Positions 51,383-62,656 of a DNA stretch of 64,000 bases are shown one piece after another. The position numbers were made by a program, and so were the translations under genes. The notes beneath the pieces are model-generated. The model saw nothing but the letters and a program-made list of their open reading frames with translations. It searched no databases and had not been told where the DNA came from. Each line of letters starts with the position of its first letter. Within the stretch, counting starts at the first letter, position 1. The DNA lies in NCBI RefSeq assembly GCF_902652985.1, contig NC_047019.1:14382097-14446096 (forward strand), read 5' to 3'. The DNA comes from Pecten maximus (Eukaryota).

Positions 51383-51810
51383 AAATATGAACTATGTCTC
51401 CTTTGACAATGCCTCACTTTTGGCCTTTAGTTGAGCGTTCGCCCCTGTGAGGAAGGCTTTGGGTTCTGTCCCCTGGCCGAGACATACCAGAGTCTTTAAA
51501 AATGGTAGTTGCTACTCCTGCTTAGCGCTCAGCATAAAAGGAGTGGGACGACTGGTTCGCCCGTTGTCAGTATAATGTGACCGGGTGGGGTGTGCCGCTG
51601 GGTGTCTTCGGCAGTATGCTCCAGTGAGGTAGCACTATAAATCGGCAAAAGTTCCGGCCTATCACAAGGAGACTTAACACGAACATACCGCAGCCTCCCA
51701 AAACACACATACGCACTCATCACACACATGCATGTTGCACGCACGGAAGACCGTCCTTAAATGACCTTAGCTGTTGATAGGACGTTTAACAAAGAAACAA
51801 ATCAAACCAG
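51383..51810 (-). mobile_element. Retroposon family copy 5 (minus orientation, lacks the 3' quarter)
   Basis: Reverse complement matches the family from the head to ..GACAATGCCTCAC, with an (AAACC)-like end at 51780-51810. Confidence 0.65.
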
Positions 51811-53464
51811 TCTTTCGGTCAACATTTCCTTCTCCCAACTGAGTTGGAAGGGTTAAGTCCTCCTGAGATTTTGTACTCGTGGCTGATCCCCTCAGGTGAT
51901 GATGAATGCTCCCCTGCACCAAGTCTACTGCTAAATGTTGAGGAAATAAAAGATCCTTTTCATTTCAACAAATTTTATTGGCATTTGATGGTATTAGTCA
52001 AAAGGATTAAATAACAGGCCAAGCCTATATAAATTTTCTCCTATGTGGCAATTGGATTGTATAAATATAAAATTAATATATTTACTATGAAATGAAAAAA
52101 ATACAGGTATAACTAACATTTAAGGGAGATAACTCAAACATAAACGTTCACACATCATTCATACAATTTTGATTATAGAGCGCATTCGGGTATTTTCGGC
52201 CCCCATACACAAAAACCGTTTTTACGACTTTCCATATCGTGAATCAACTTTTCGTGAAAAGCAAACAGTCCAACACTTAGGTGATCTTGAGCGCGTCTGT
52301 CATCATTGGTGTTGAAGGTCAAGGCCGCTCGTGCTGCTGTCGATTTCCGATTTTGTAAAGGCATGCCTGTCGTCTGCTAATTTTGGCCCCAATCTGAAGT
52401 TTTCGGCCACCTTTAATATTTTTGAAATAATTTAGTAATCATCTAAGGTTATGATATTTTGAAAAGCAACATTTATCAAAGGAATTCAGACGGATTAGTT
52501 AGGCTTTTCTTTGATTTTCTGTAGCTGTGTCAAAGAGTGATGTCAGCACGTGTGTTCTGTATTCTCAGGAACAGGGAGCCTTTCTGGTAAGATTTACCCC
52601 GACTTGCTTGCAGAGCCGATTCTAAGTAAAAACTATTCCCTGTACGCCTGTTGTTTTTATATAAGGGTATACTGCAGTATATATTTTTCTACATGAATCT
52701 GTATTTTACTTTTTACCTAGGTATCCGACGTATATTTCACTCCAAATATTCATTACCTTATTACAATTATAACCTTATGAAAATTAAACAGGTGCGTGGT
52801 TGGTGATTGGTCATGTTGGGTATATCTATATTTAATGTCATTGAAGATACATGTGTCAAGGCACAAGATGAAACATGGGTGTGTTATAAATTTATTTAAC
52901 GTCACTATGCATGCCATACATATTATATTTAAACATATGCAAGTTAAGTCAGTTCAATTATTGTCACTTTTAATTAATTTTAATTAGGCCTGAATGTAGT
53001 ACAATACAGTGCTGATTATTTCATTGAATAAATTAGCAAATAGACAGCATAATTTTGTACAGGCATTGTTTACATCAAATTAAAAAAAAAAAAATTAACA
53101 TAGTGAAATCTCGCAAAATCTACCAAAACATTTAATTGATATACATTACAGATAAATGATTCATTTTATATAAATGATAGTGTATAAATTAAACTATCCA
53201 GTTGCAAGTTATTAATGTGAACTTTGCACTGAAAAATGCTACTGTATAATGAATATAAATTGATTTACATATAAGCTTTTTTAGTTTAATAAATACAATA
53301 TGGTAAATATGAACCCTATACATGCACTGTTTTCAATCTTATTTTCCTTATAGTTGAAAGGCATTTTGTATTTTCATTACTGAATTGTGCTTTTGCAAAC
53401 ACTGCAAACACATTCAGTTGCTTCAATCTGCTCATCTGACATGCTCTCAAAGTTCACATCATTA

Positions 53465-53535
53465 CAACATGTCCTATGCATCCTTAAATGACCTTCGCTG
53501 TTAATAGGACGTTAAACAAAATAAACCAACCAACC
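53465..53535 (-). mobile_element. Retroposon family head fragment (minus orientation)
   Basis: CATCCTTAAATGACCTTCGCTGTTAATAGGACGTTAAACAAAATAAACCAACCAACCAACC. Confidence 0.5.
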
Positions 53536-53788
53536 AACCTATGCATCCATCCTTCACACAAATCACACCCTATCCATAAGCTATTCTCCTCAGGACCACC
53601 TTGACCACACACATTACAAATATCATGCTCTCCACAATCATCACTTTCATCATCAAAAACCACCTCTCCATCATCTGAATCTGACTGTCATAGCTACTTT
53701 CTCCTTTCTGCCTTTTCTTTTCTCACTAGCTTTCTTTTGCTTCTCATCCTCTCTTTTTCTTTTATTCTCTTCTCTTTCAGCTTGTTTT

Positions 53789-55110
53789 TCACCTTTTCAA
53801 CCTCTCTTTCCTTTTTCTTTCTCTTTCTATCTTTCTCTGCTCTTTTCCCCTTGCCTCCTGCTCTTTTTTCTCCTGTTTTGTTTTTAGTATTTCAAACATT
53901 TCATCACCACTAAGGCCTTTTAGAAGTGCACGTTTGCTACTCTTTGTTTTATGCTTTATCTTCACAGATGGCAGCTTTAAGAAAGTATCAAATGGGTCAT
54001 TGGGGACTTTGGCAGAAGCTGTTGCAGGTGTGAAAGCAGGAACAGGGACAAAGGCTAGAGCAGGGACTGGTACCGCAGCAAGAACGGGTCCCTGATTAGG
54101 GATTGTTACTGCAACAGGAACAGATGCCACAGCAGGGACGGGCGCCAAAGCAGGAACTGGTGTCACAGCAGGAACGGGTGCCAAAGCAGGGACGGGTGTC
54201 ACAGCAGGGACGGGTGCCAAAGCAGGGACGGGTGTCACATCAGGGACGGGTGCCACAGCAGGGACGGGTGTCACAACAGGGACGGGTGCCACAGCAGGAA
54301 CGGGTGCCTCCTGAGGGACGGGTCTCTGAATAGGGACGGGTGCTGCAGTAGGGACAGGTCCCAGAGAAGGGATTGGTATCACAGCAGAGACGGATCCCTG
54401 AGTAGGGACAGGCGCCGGACCAGGGATATTTGCCGAAGCAGGGAGGGGTGCCGCAGCAGGGACAGGTCCCTGGATAGGGACGGGTGCCAGAGTTGGGACA
54501 GTGCTAGTTTGTTGAGAGACAGTGCTAGATGGTAATGAAGCCGTCGCGTCCCCTGATGCATTGACATCTTGAGTCGTGTGGGCAAACAGGTTCCCTGGAG
54601 CCAGTTTACTGCTATTGGCCACCTTTGCTGCATCCAACGGGAAGAGTCCGCTTTCCAGAAATCCCTGGACGGCATTCCGCACATTCGCTGACTTGAGCCA
54701 AGCCTGCTTAAAAACTGACGCAAATGTCACCTTTGTGACACTCTCACCTAAGAGCTCCATTTGAAAGTTCCTCACAGCTTAAGTCCAGTTCGACTTCAGG
54801 GCACTGAACAGACAAAGATCCAATGGCTGCATAACATGACTGGCGTGTTCCAGGAGGCAATACAGAATGATCGGGTTAAATCTGCAAAACTCACTCGTTT
54901 GAGGATTCACATGGGTGCTGTGACCATCAACAACGAGCAAAACTGGACGTTTCACCTGCCTTTGAGTAAGCGTGTTATGGAAAGTGGTCGAAAGCCAAAC
55001 ATAGAACAGCTCATTGTCCGTTCAACCATTCTCTGTCCGACCCATGACAGCCTCTGTGAAACCCTCAGGTGGGTTATAATTGAACCGGCAACCTGGATAC
55101 ACAATTAATG
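53789..55110 (-). pseudogene. pogo/Tigger-like DDE_1 transposase pseudogene with a Pro/Val-rich tandem-repeat C-terminal tail
   Basis: Minus-strand translation of 54790-55000 gives ..NELFYVWLSTTFHNTLTQRQVKRPVLLVVDGHSTHVNPQTSEFCRFNPIILYCLLEHASHVMQPLDLCLFSALKS, the classic DDE_1 signature (DGHSTH ... CLP.H.SH..QPLD). Two in-frame stops are present: TGA in ..TENG*TDNELF (likely TGG mutated to TGA) and TAA before MRNFQMELLGESVTKVTFASVFKQAWLKSANVRNAVQGFLESGLFPLD. The tail 54100-54330 is a 36-bp repeat encoding (PVPAVAPVPxxT)n and ends in the basic stretch KRKERLKR. Confidence 0.6.
54100..54335. repeat. 36-bp coding tandem repeat (Pro/Val/Ala-rich) within the pogo-like pseudogene tail
   Basis: GGGACGGGTG(C/T)CA(A/C)AGCAGGGACGGGTGTCACAGCA repeated about 6 times. 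Minus-strand translation gives PVPA(V/L)APVPAVTPV. Confidence 0.7.
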
Positions 55111-55177
55111 GGGGAATGTAATGTTGCACTTGCACTACAGCATGCAAGGACAGTTATTTGAGTTTTGTTTGATGAAG

Positions 55178-55425
55178 TCATTGTCAGTATAATGTGACTG
55201 GGTGAGGTGTGCTGCTGGATGTCTTCGGAAGTATACTTCAGTGAGGTAGCACTATAAATCGGCAAAAGCCTATCACTAGGAGACTTAACACGAACATACC
55301 GCAGCCTCCCAAAACACACATACGCACTCACCACACGCATGCATGTCGCACGCACGGAGGCCGTCCTTAAATGACCTTAGCTGTTTATAGGACTTTAAAC
55401 AAAATAAACCAAACCAAACAAAACA
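55178..55425 (-). mobile_element. Retroposon family copy 7 (5' half, minus orientation), adjacent to the pogo-like pseudogene
   Basis: ..CAGTATAATGTGACTGGGTGAGGTGTGCTGCTGGATGTCTTCGGAAGTATACTTCAGTGAGGTAGCACTATAAATCGGCAAAAG..GGCCGTCCTTAAATGACCTTAGCTGTTTATAGGACTTTAAACAAAATAAACCAAACCAAAC. Confidence 0.65.
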
Positions 55426-55830
55426 ACTTTTAACTTTATAAACTTTACAAACAAGGCCATATTATAGCATTGATGCAATAACTTTCATATATAAAAAACA
55501 ATCTTTAACTTTAACAAACAGAGGATTTACACATCTTTTGCAGACTGCTCAAAAATACTATACACTAATTAAGGCTGGCAAGGCACAACAGTGTGAAAAT
55601 AAATATCCTATCAAGTGCTACCAAATAGACACTTTTTCGACTCTGTTACAGTACCCTATCCTCTCTCTGTGCCTTCTTAATCTCTTTTCTTTTCAACCAT
55701 ATATCCTGCTTGTGAGATATATTTACTCCACCCTTCCCCCACATTGCATCTAGTTATCATTCTTATATTTTTTCTTGTGCAATCACATATAACTACTCGA
55801 GAATCGAGAGTACTGATCTGTTAGTATCGA

Positions 55831-55902
55831 GGTTCCGTGGTGTAGTGGTTATCACGTCTGCTTAACACGCAGAAGGTCACGAGTTCGAAACTCGTCGGAA
55901 CC
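55831..55902 (+). tRNA. tRNA-Val (anticodon AAC)
   Basis: Identical 72-nt sequence to the copies at 39173 and 40566. Downstream T5. The flanks are homologous to those of the 39-41 kb repeat unit. Confidence 0.9.
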
Positions 55903-56088
55903 TGTTGGAATACTTTTTATTTTATTTTATGAAATAAAATATGTATGTAATAAAAAAAAAAACTTATTTTAGTATGACGGATATTTATTTTCATTAAAAT
56001 GTTAAATGAAGACATTTATTGCGTATATTTCTTATAATGATACTATATTTCGCTAATCTAGTGACAACTCATATCTCAGGCTCATATC

Positions 56089-56160
56089 GGTTTCGTGGTG
56101 TAGTGGTTATCACGTCTGCTTCACACGCAGAAGGTCGCGAGTTCGAACCTCGCCGAAACC
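56089..56160 (+). tRNA. tRNA-Val (anticodon CAC)
   Basis: Identical to the copies at 39428 and 40948. Conserved leader and trailer, T5 terminator. Confidence 0.9.
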
Positions 56161-56770
56161 TACTTATTTTTAACATATCAACCTTAATTTTTGATCAGCA
56201 CATTTAGTCCACAGACATGTTCGTACCTTTTTGACACTGCATCACAATATCTCTGATACTTACCAGACTTAACAAAAGTTTTATTAATTCAAAGAACTCT
56301 TCGTTGTCAATATTTATATTATATCGTCACTCGTTTACCGCCATGCTCGCTTTATTAGTGTAGGATATATAAATAGACAGTTTTCGGCTTATATCCCTTA
56401 CCTAGGTAGTTATATCGTGCGACTCATTTTGATTATAACGATGAATTATTGATCAATATATAAACAGATATACAAAAGAACTCAACATAATTTTGTAGCA
56501 AACAATATATGTGGTGGATACAAATTTCTGTTACATGTACCTGGAAAGAAGAGTGGCACAGATTACAGATTTATGTCATGAGGGTTCGACACTTTCCTAT
56601 GACCCAGAATAAAAAAAAAATATCCCGAGGCACGACTCCTTATAAGTGATCTAGGTCGTACCGTCGGATCATGTTTCATTATAGGTATTAGGAAAGTGAC
56701 AAGACTATTATTATGTCAAATCGGATTACTTGTATAATAATAAAGATAAACCGTTTCGCGAGTGTGCAGA

Positions 56771-56839
56771 GGTTTCGTGTTGTAGTGGTTATCACGTCTG
56801 CTTCACACGTAGGTCCCGAGTTCGAAACTCGTCGGAACC
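56771..56839 (+). pseudogene. Chimeric or deleted tRNA-Val pseudogene
   Basis: GGTTTCGTGTTGTAGTGGTTATCACGTCTGCTTCACACGTAGGTCCCGAGTTCGAAACTCGTCGGAACC is 69 nt. The 5' half is CAC-type, the 3' half is AAC-type (GAAACTCGTCGGAACC), and 3 nt are deleted in the anticodon or variable region (CACGTAGGTCCCGAG versus CACGCAGAAGGTCGCGAG). Confidence 0.5.
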
Positions 56840-56924
56840 TGAATATAACTTTTATCTATTTCATGAAATAAAGATAACATCCCCTTCCCGATTAATAATA
56901 TAAGTGAAATGGAATAAGATAATG

Positions 56925-57130
56925 ATTTGGTTTGGGTTTATTTGTTTAACATCCTATTAACATCTAAGGTCATTTAAGACCTTAGATGTTAATAGGACGT
57001 TAAACAAAATAAACCAAACCAAACCAAACATTTAAGAACGGCCTCCCGTGCGTGCGACATGCATGCATGTGTTGAGCGCTACCTCACTGAAGCATAGTGC
57101 CGAAGACACCCAGCAGCACACCCGACCTGG
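56925..57130. mobile_element. Retroposon family copy 8 with a palindromic (inverted-duplicated) head
   Basis: TTGTTTAACATCCTATTAACATCTAAGGTCATTTAAG|ACCTTAGATGTTAATAGGACGTTAAACAA is a perfect inverted repeat centred near 56970, followed by AAATAAACCAAACCAAACCAAAC and then the family body (..GGCCTCCCGTGCGTGCGACATGCATGC..CTCACTGAAGCATAGTGCCGAAGACACCCAGCAGCACACCCGACCTGGTCACATTA). Confidence 0.55.
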
Positions 57131-59001
57131 TCACATTACAGGTCGACTCGATCGCTATATAAGGACATAAACATAGATTTACGTCACGGGCCTGTTATCC
57201 ATAATGCAATGCGAGGTTCAGCCAATCGTCTAAATGAAATGTGATCACATGATCTCTTTTACTACACAGTTACTAAGCATCAGTCACCTGTTCCATTCAT
57301 TAGATAATGATTTGTCAATAATGTTGCAAAAAGTGCAGTGGGTAAAAGAATATGGCTTATCAACCGGTAAAAATTGTCGAAATGTTAACTATATACATAA
57401 ATTCAATATTCTACCTTTGGAATTTGTTACTTAGATGTTAACAAAGACACACAAATTGGTATCCAAATTCAGTCAATTTACAATGTATTCAGGAAAAATC
57501 GGGAATTGTTTGTTCATTTACTAGTTCCCGAACACTGGTCAAAAATTGCAGTAATATTTTTTTGCTAGCTGTTTTAACTTTCTCAACTTTCATTCTTGTC
57601 ACCCATTCATCTTTTACACTTTCAGGCATCACTCTCACATTCTCATCAATCATCGCAATCAATTTCTGTATCATTCTCAGTTACGTGGAATTTTCTTACT
57701 TTATTTAAGGAATATTTTTTATTTGTTCAAAAGACCAATTGTTTAACGCTTTTAAACGTTGTGAGTTGTTGACACATTTCAATTTTACTATCAATCGACT
57801 TAATTTTTCTATTAGAAACGCCTAAAGGCCCATTGCATATCAAATTATTGAACGAGTTTAATAAATTCCATATGAAATAGCCACTCATGTAAGATTCTCT
57901 CTATATATAATACATGTACATACTAGGTTATCTATTGTAATTGAGGGCTTCTCGGATAGGATTCCCTAACTTCAAAATGTTATGTCACTTTAATTTATAC
58001 ACGGCCAATTTCTAGTTGGAACTCCGGTATTAATTGTAAAACTGCTAAATTCTCGTGATATGTGTGTTACGCGTGTTTGCACGATACACTCATTGATTGA
58101 CACGTGTCCTAGTACAAAAAATACATGTATGTGAATAAATTATTGATAACGATTTCGGTGCTTATTTTCTCAGTCTTTTATAAAAACGTGAAATTCCAAA
58201 GGTGAAGTTGTTTATAATCTTGTAAACTTTACTGATTTCCATACGAATGGACGCTTGTCTATATGTAACGGAACCAGCCTAGTCAAGTACAGCTAAAGAT
58301 AATTATATGATTCAAACATATTTTATTGTCAAAACGTACAAAGGGATTGGGCACAAGTTTTTGCAACTGACCAACGCCCTTTCCCAAAACAAATACAAAA
58401 TTACAATATTTGACAAAATAAAGACTTAAGGTCACCAATTCAATATTTTTGTAATATCTTTGTTACATTGCTCTCCGATTTGTCAAAAGGCAGGAAGTAC
58501 AGAACAAACAAATATCATGCATTTTAAAATCTATTACTTGTTTTTATAAACTTGTGCACATTTCTGAATATGATTAAAGAGGCTTGCCCGCAGAGAGATC
58601 AGAAAAATTGGCTAATAGAAAAAGATTTTTTTTACATATGACAGATTGTTGGAATTGTTGAGTTTTTTATTTTATTTTCCTTATAAAACGCTGAAAAGTG
58701 ATATTAAAACCTCATTTTTTAAATATTATTTATTTAATCGCAACCCGCAATAAGTCCCCGCTATAAAGTGGAGTCTAATTTGATTGACACATCAAAGAAA
58801 CAAGCACGTGCACAGTGCCGCACAGTGATAACTTCAAAGGCAGCGGCGATTTACAAAGAAGATTTGCCGTTACATTCCATACATTTCCCTCTCAGGTTGA
58901 GTTTTAAAACGTCTTTTAAATACATATTCTGTAATTGTTTTCAAGAAATAAAGTCGGAAAGCCTCTAATTTTGTCACATAGAAACGTGTACTGAAGTTTA
59001 T

Positions 59002-60250
59002 TTAGTGATCGGAGATGTGCCGTTTACCGGTCCGTCTGCGGGTAAGCCTCTTTAAATTAGTGTCTACAGGCAGATGAACATTTCCACATAGGAGTAACTG
59101 TAAGTTTATAGCTGCATCTATATCTAGATTTCGAAGACTAAGAAAAAGTAATTGCCCCTGTATATCATAATTTGGACACTCAAAGAAAAAATGAAAGGCA
59201 TTTTCACAGGGGTTACCACGAATACATTCAGCATTTTCTACCAGGTTAAAACGAAATAAGCCATATTTGAGAGAACTATTTTGATACCTTAATTTAGTGT
59301 GAATTACATTAATTTTCCTTTCACCAAAACCATAATAACTGGGAGGTTTTAATGTATTTATATCTGGTGTAATAGCATTTTTGAAAATGCTCAAGCTAGG
59401 AGAAGATCTAATATTATGATCTAATTCGTTCCATAGACGAAGAGTTGAAGGTAAAAAGGATGAATTTGTATTGGAAAGCCTATAGTTAGGAATAACAAAA
59501 TTACTTCTATTTCTCAATGCATAAGGGGTGGTTTGATCAACAGATTGAGGCACTAGAATATTTAAAAAAATCTGGAGTTATATTATTTTTCATCTGATAC
59601 AGTAATCGTAGTTTTCTTCTATTACGTCTATCCGAAAGTGCCTCTAGACCCGTTTCAATGTATGAAGATTTGATACTAGCATATGAAGCTAAACCAGTTA
59701 TAATACGTGCCGCTTCACGTTGGGCCTTTTCTAATAAATTTGATTCTAACACATTACACCCATCCCATAATTCACACGCATGTTCCAAAACCGGTAAGAT
59801 AAATGTTTTATATATTCTTATTAATGTATCACGTTTAAGCATGTATTTCAATTTTCTCAGAGCATTGAGCTTTTTAAGAACAGGCGTATAATTATTTTTA
59901 ATATGGTCACTCAATTTGACCTTAGATGTTAATAGGACGTTAAACAAAATGTCTATGGTTATTACTAAAGTTTAAGAACTCGTTTTCAAATTCCAATTCA
60001 ATGACTTCTAAACTATTAGAGTTCGAAATAAAAATTGCTTCTGTTTTACGTGGATTAAATCTACCAACCATCTCTTTGCCCAAGAAGTCCTGGTTAATAT
60101 TTATTTCAATTTCATTACAAGAGGCAGATGGACTCATAAGTGAAGTATCATCTGCAAAAAGACGTGATGCAGAAAGCATAACTTCAGCAATATCATTTAT
60201 ATAAATCAAGAATAGTAGGGGACCAAGGATAGAGCCCTGTGGTACTCCAG
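59002..60250 (-). mobile_element. 5'-truncated non-LTR retrotransposon (LINE) fragment: reverse transcriptase C-terminal part plus downstream conserved region
   Basis: Minus-strand ORFs give ..[46 protein letters not shown].. (RT F/YADD motif), ..LKRDTLIRIYKTFILPVLEHACELWDG..LEKAQREAARIITG.., and ..FLPSTLRLWNELDHNIRSSPSLSIFKNAI.. (the F.P.T...WN.LP...S...FK motif found in the ORF2 C-terminus of many LINEs). The ORF frames are broken at 59940-59947. Confidence 0.55.
59913..59950. repeat. 38-bp segment homologous to the retroposon family head, embedded inside the LINE RT fragment
   Basis: TTGACCTTAGATGTTAATAGGACGTTAAACAAAATG equals the reverse complement of the family head CATTTTGTTTAACGTCCTATTAACATCTAAGGTCA. 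It coincides with the frame break between LINE ORFs. Confidence 0.5.
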
Positions 60251-60942
60251 CCTTAATATTACCAGTATCAGAAAAAGAATTGGGATATATTTACCATCCT
60301 ATGAATGATAATGACACTATATGAATGTAGGAAAAAAAAAACGTTGTTCATTTCCACATAACTTCCAAAGCGTATGAATATATAGTAGACTAGACAAGTA
60401 AACAATAGAGGTTGCCTCCCCTTAATTACTCAATGAAATACACTAGATATTTTTTTTAAGTTAATTTTTTTCTAAATTGTTTAAAAAATCTATAAAATAG
60501 TATTTTAAAATGTCTCAACAATTTTAACAAAATTTATTTTTGATATAAAAAGAACGCCACCTGCCTTATACTTTCCGTCGTCTGCTCGCTACAGTACAAG
60601 GTACTACTAAAAACGTAACATGAATGAAAACTTCGGAAATTGGAACTTGACGTTACCAGAGGAACTAAACGATTCATCAGAAGGTGAAAAAGTTGAATCG
60701 GGGGATGAATTCTTCGCAACACTTGATTTGGAAACCCTAGAGGCTCTTGCCAGCTCCATAGGAGTTGATGTCGCCATGGATGAGGAGCTCAAACGTCCAG
60801 CCATGGACGACCTCCCTCCACCATAATCTCCGCTAGGCCTACCCTCATCTACTAAGCTTGAACCCAAAATTCCTGGCATCGTAGCTGAAACACATACATC
60901 AGATCATAAACAAAAAAGATTTGTTTCAACATCCGAAGAAGA

Positions 60943-61470
60943 TTGGTTTGGTTTGGTTTATTTTGTTTAACGTCCTATTAACAGCCAAGGTCATTTAAGG
61001 ACGGCGTCCCGTGCGTGCGACATGCATGCGTGTGGTGAGTGCGTATGTGTGTTTTGGGAGGCTGCCGTATGTTCGTGTTAAGTCTCCTTGTGATAGGCCG
61101 AAACTTTTGCCGATTTATAGTGCTACCTCACTGAAGCATACTGCCGAAGACACCCAGCAGGACACCCCACCCGGTCACATTATACTGACAACGGGCGAAC
61201 CAGTCGTCCCACTCCAAATATGCTGAGCGCTAAGCAGGAGTAGCAACTACCATTTTTAAAGACTCTGGTATGTCTCGGCCAGGGGACAGAACCCAAAACC
61301 TTCCTCACAGCGGCGAACGCTCAACTAAAGGCCAAAAGTGAGGCATTGTCAAGGGAGACATTAGGAAGAAGAAAGTTGTTAAGAAAGAAGAGAAAAGATA
61401 AGATCCCAAGTTTAGTCGCCTCTTACGATCATGCAATGGGGGCAGCAGGTACAATTCTTACGCCCTACCT
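60943..61470 (+). mobile_element. Retroposon family copy 10 (full length) inserted into the Crypton-like element, with 10-bp TSD CCGAAGAAGA
   Basis: Target-site duplication CCGAAGAAGA at 60933-60942 and 61471-61480. Element runs from (TTGGT)n TTTATTTTGTTTAACGTCC.. to ..TTCTTACGCCCTACCT. Confidence 0.8.
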
Positions 61471-62124
61471 CCGAAGAAGAACTAGCGGAGATGTTTGATT
61501 CACGACAGGAAAAGTCAACAAAGAAAAACACGGCATGGGGAGTCAAGTTATTTCAGGGTAAGATTAACAAAATATGCACAGGCCTTTGTAACATCATGCG
61601 ATGATGGAAGTTTGTTGATAATGTCATTTTGTACAAAATGAAATAAAACACGTTAAATGTTGCAATTTCTTCAACGCAATCAAAAAACGGGTTTAAATGT
61701 TACACAGATGACTATGTCACTTCCTCAGCTGTCTAGATTCTATTTTTTTCCAGACTGGAACATGGAAACAAGGGAATCCGGGAAGGATTTTAAAACAATA
61801 ACTTCCGATCAATTGTCCAAACTGCTACAAACGTTTTATGTGGAAGCAAGACCAAACAAAATGGGATCCGATAAGCTTTACCACAAAAATACCTTAAAAA
61901 ACATCAGGGGGGCAATAAACCGGCATCTCGTTGACCTCAACAGAAACATAGATATCGTTCGCGATAAGGAATTTCGTCAGACGAGCGGAATTTTGGACGG
62001 GCTACTGAAACATAGGGAAAAATCAGGTCAAAGCAAACCAACCAAACACAAAGACATAATAGAGCCAGCACATTTAGACAAAATATCATCTTACCTGTCC
62101 GGAGCAAAGGACTCTCCTGTAATC

Positions 62125-62656
62125 TGCCCTGCAGGTAGGGTGTAAGAATTGTACCTGCTGGCCCCATTGCATGATCGTAAGAGGCGACTAAATTTGGGAT
62201 CTTATCTTTTTTCTTCTTTCTTAACAACTTTCTTCTTCCAAATGTCTCCCTTGACAATGCCTCACTTTTGGCCTTTAGTTGAGCGTTCGCCGCTGTGAGG
62301 GAGGTTTTGGGTTCTGTCCCCTAGCCGAGACATACCAGAGTCTTTAAAAATGGTAGTTGCTACTCCTGCTTAGCGCTCAGCATATTTGGAGTGGGACGAC
62401 TGGTTGGCCCGTTGTCAGTATAATGTGACCGGGTGGGGTGTGCTGCTGGGTGTCTTCGGCAGTATGCTTCAGTGAGATAGCACTTTAAATCGGCAAAAGT
62501 TCCGGCCTATCACAAGGAGACTTAACACGGACAAACCGCAGCCTCCCAAAACACACATACGCACTCACCACAAGCATACATGTCGCACGCACGGGAGGCC
62601 GTCCTTAAATGACCTTAGATGTTAATAGGACGTTAAACAAAATAAACCAAACCAAA
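62125..62656 (-). mobile_element. Retroposon family copy 11 (full length, minus orientation) inserted into the Crypton-like element, with 10-bp TSD TCCTGTAATC
   Basis: Target-site duplication TCCTGTAATC at 62115-62124 and 62657-62666. Element runs from TGCCCTGCAGGTAGGGTGTAAGAATTGTACC.. to ..GACGTTAAACAAAATAAACCAAACCAAA. Confidence 0.8.

Noticed and set aside
54761-55108. 115-aa plus-strand ORF and the 54103-54333 plus-strand ORF (QQGRVPKQGRVS repeats)
   Set aside because: Antisense to the pogo-like transposase core and its 36-bp repeat tail. The minus strand carries the recognisable DDE_1 motifs.
62270-62340. Possible tRNA-like head (TGGCCTTTAGTTGAGCGTTCGCC..GGGTTCTGTCCCCTGGCC) inside the retroposon in minus orientation
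   Set aside because: The acceptor stem does not pair and the A box is poor. GGTTCTGTCC only loosely resembles a B box. Insufficient to call the family tRNA-derived.
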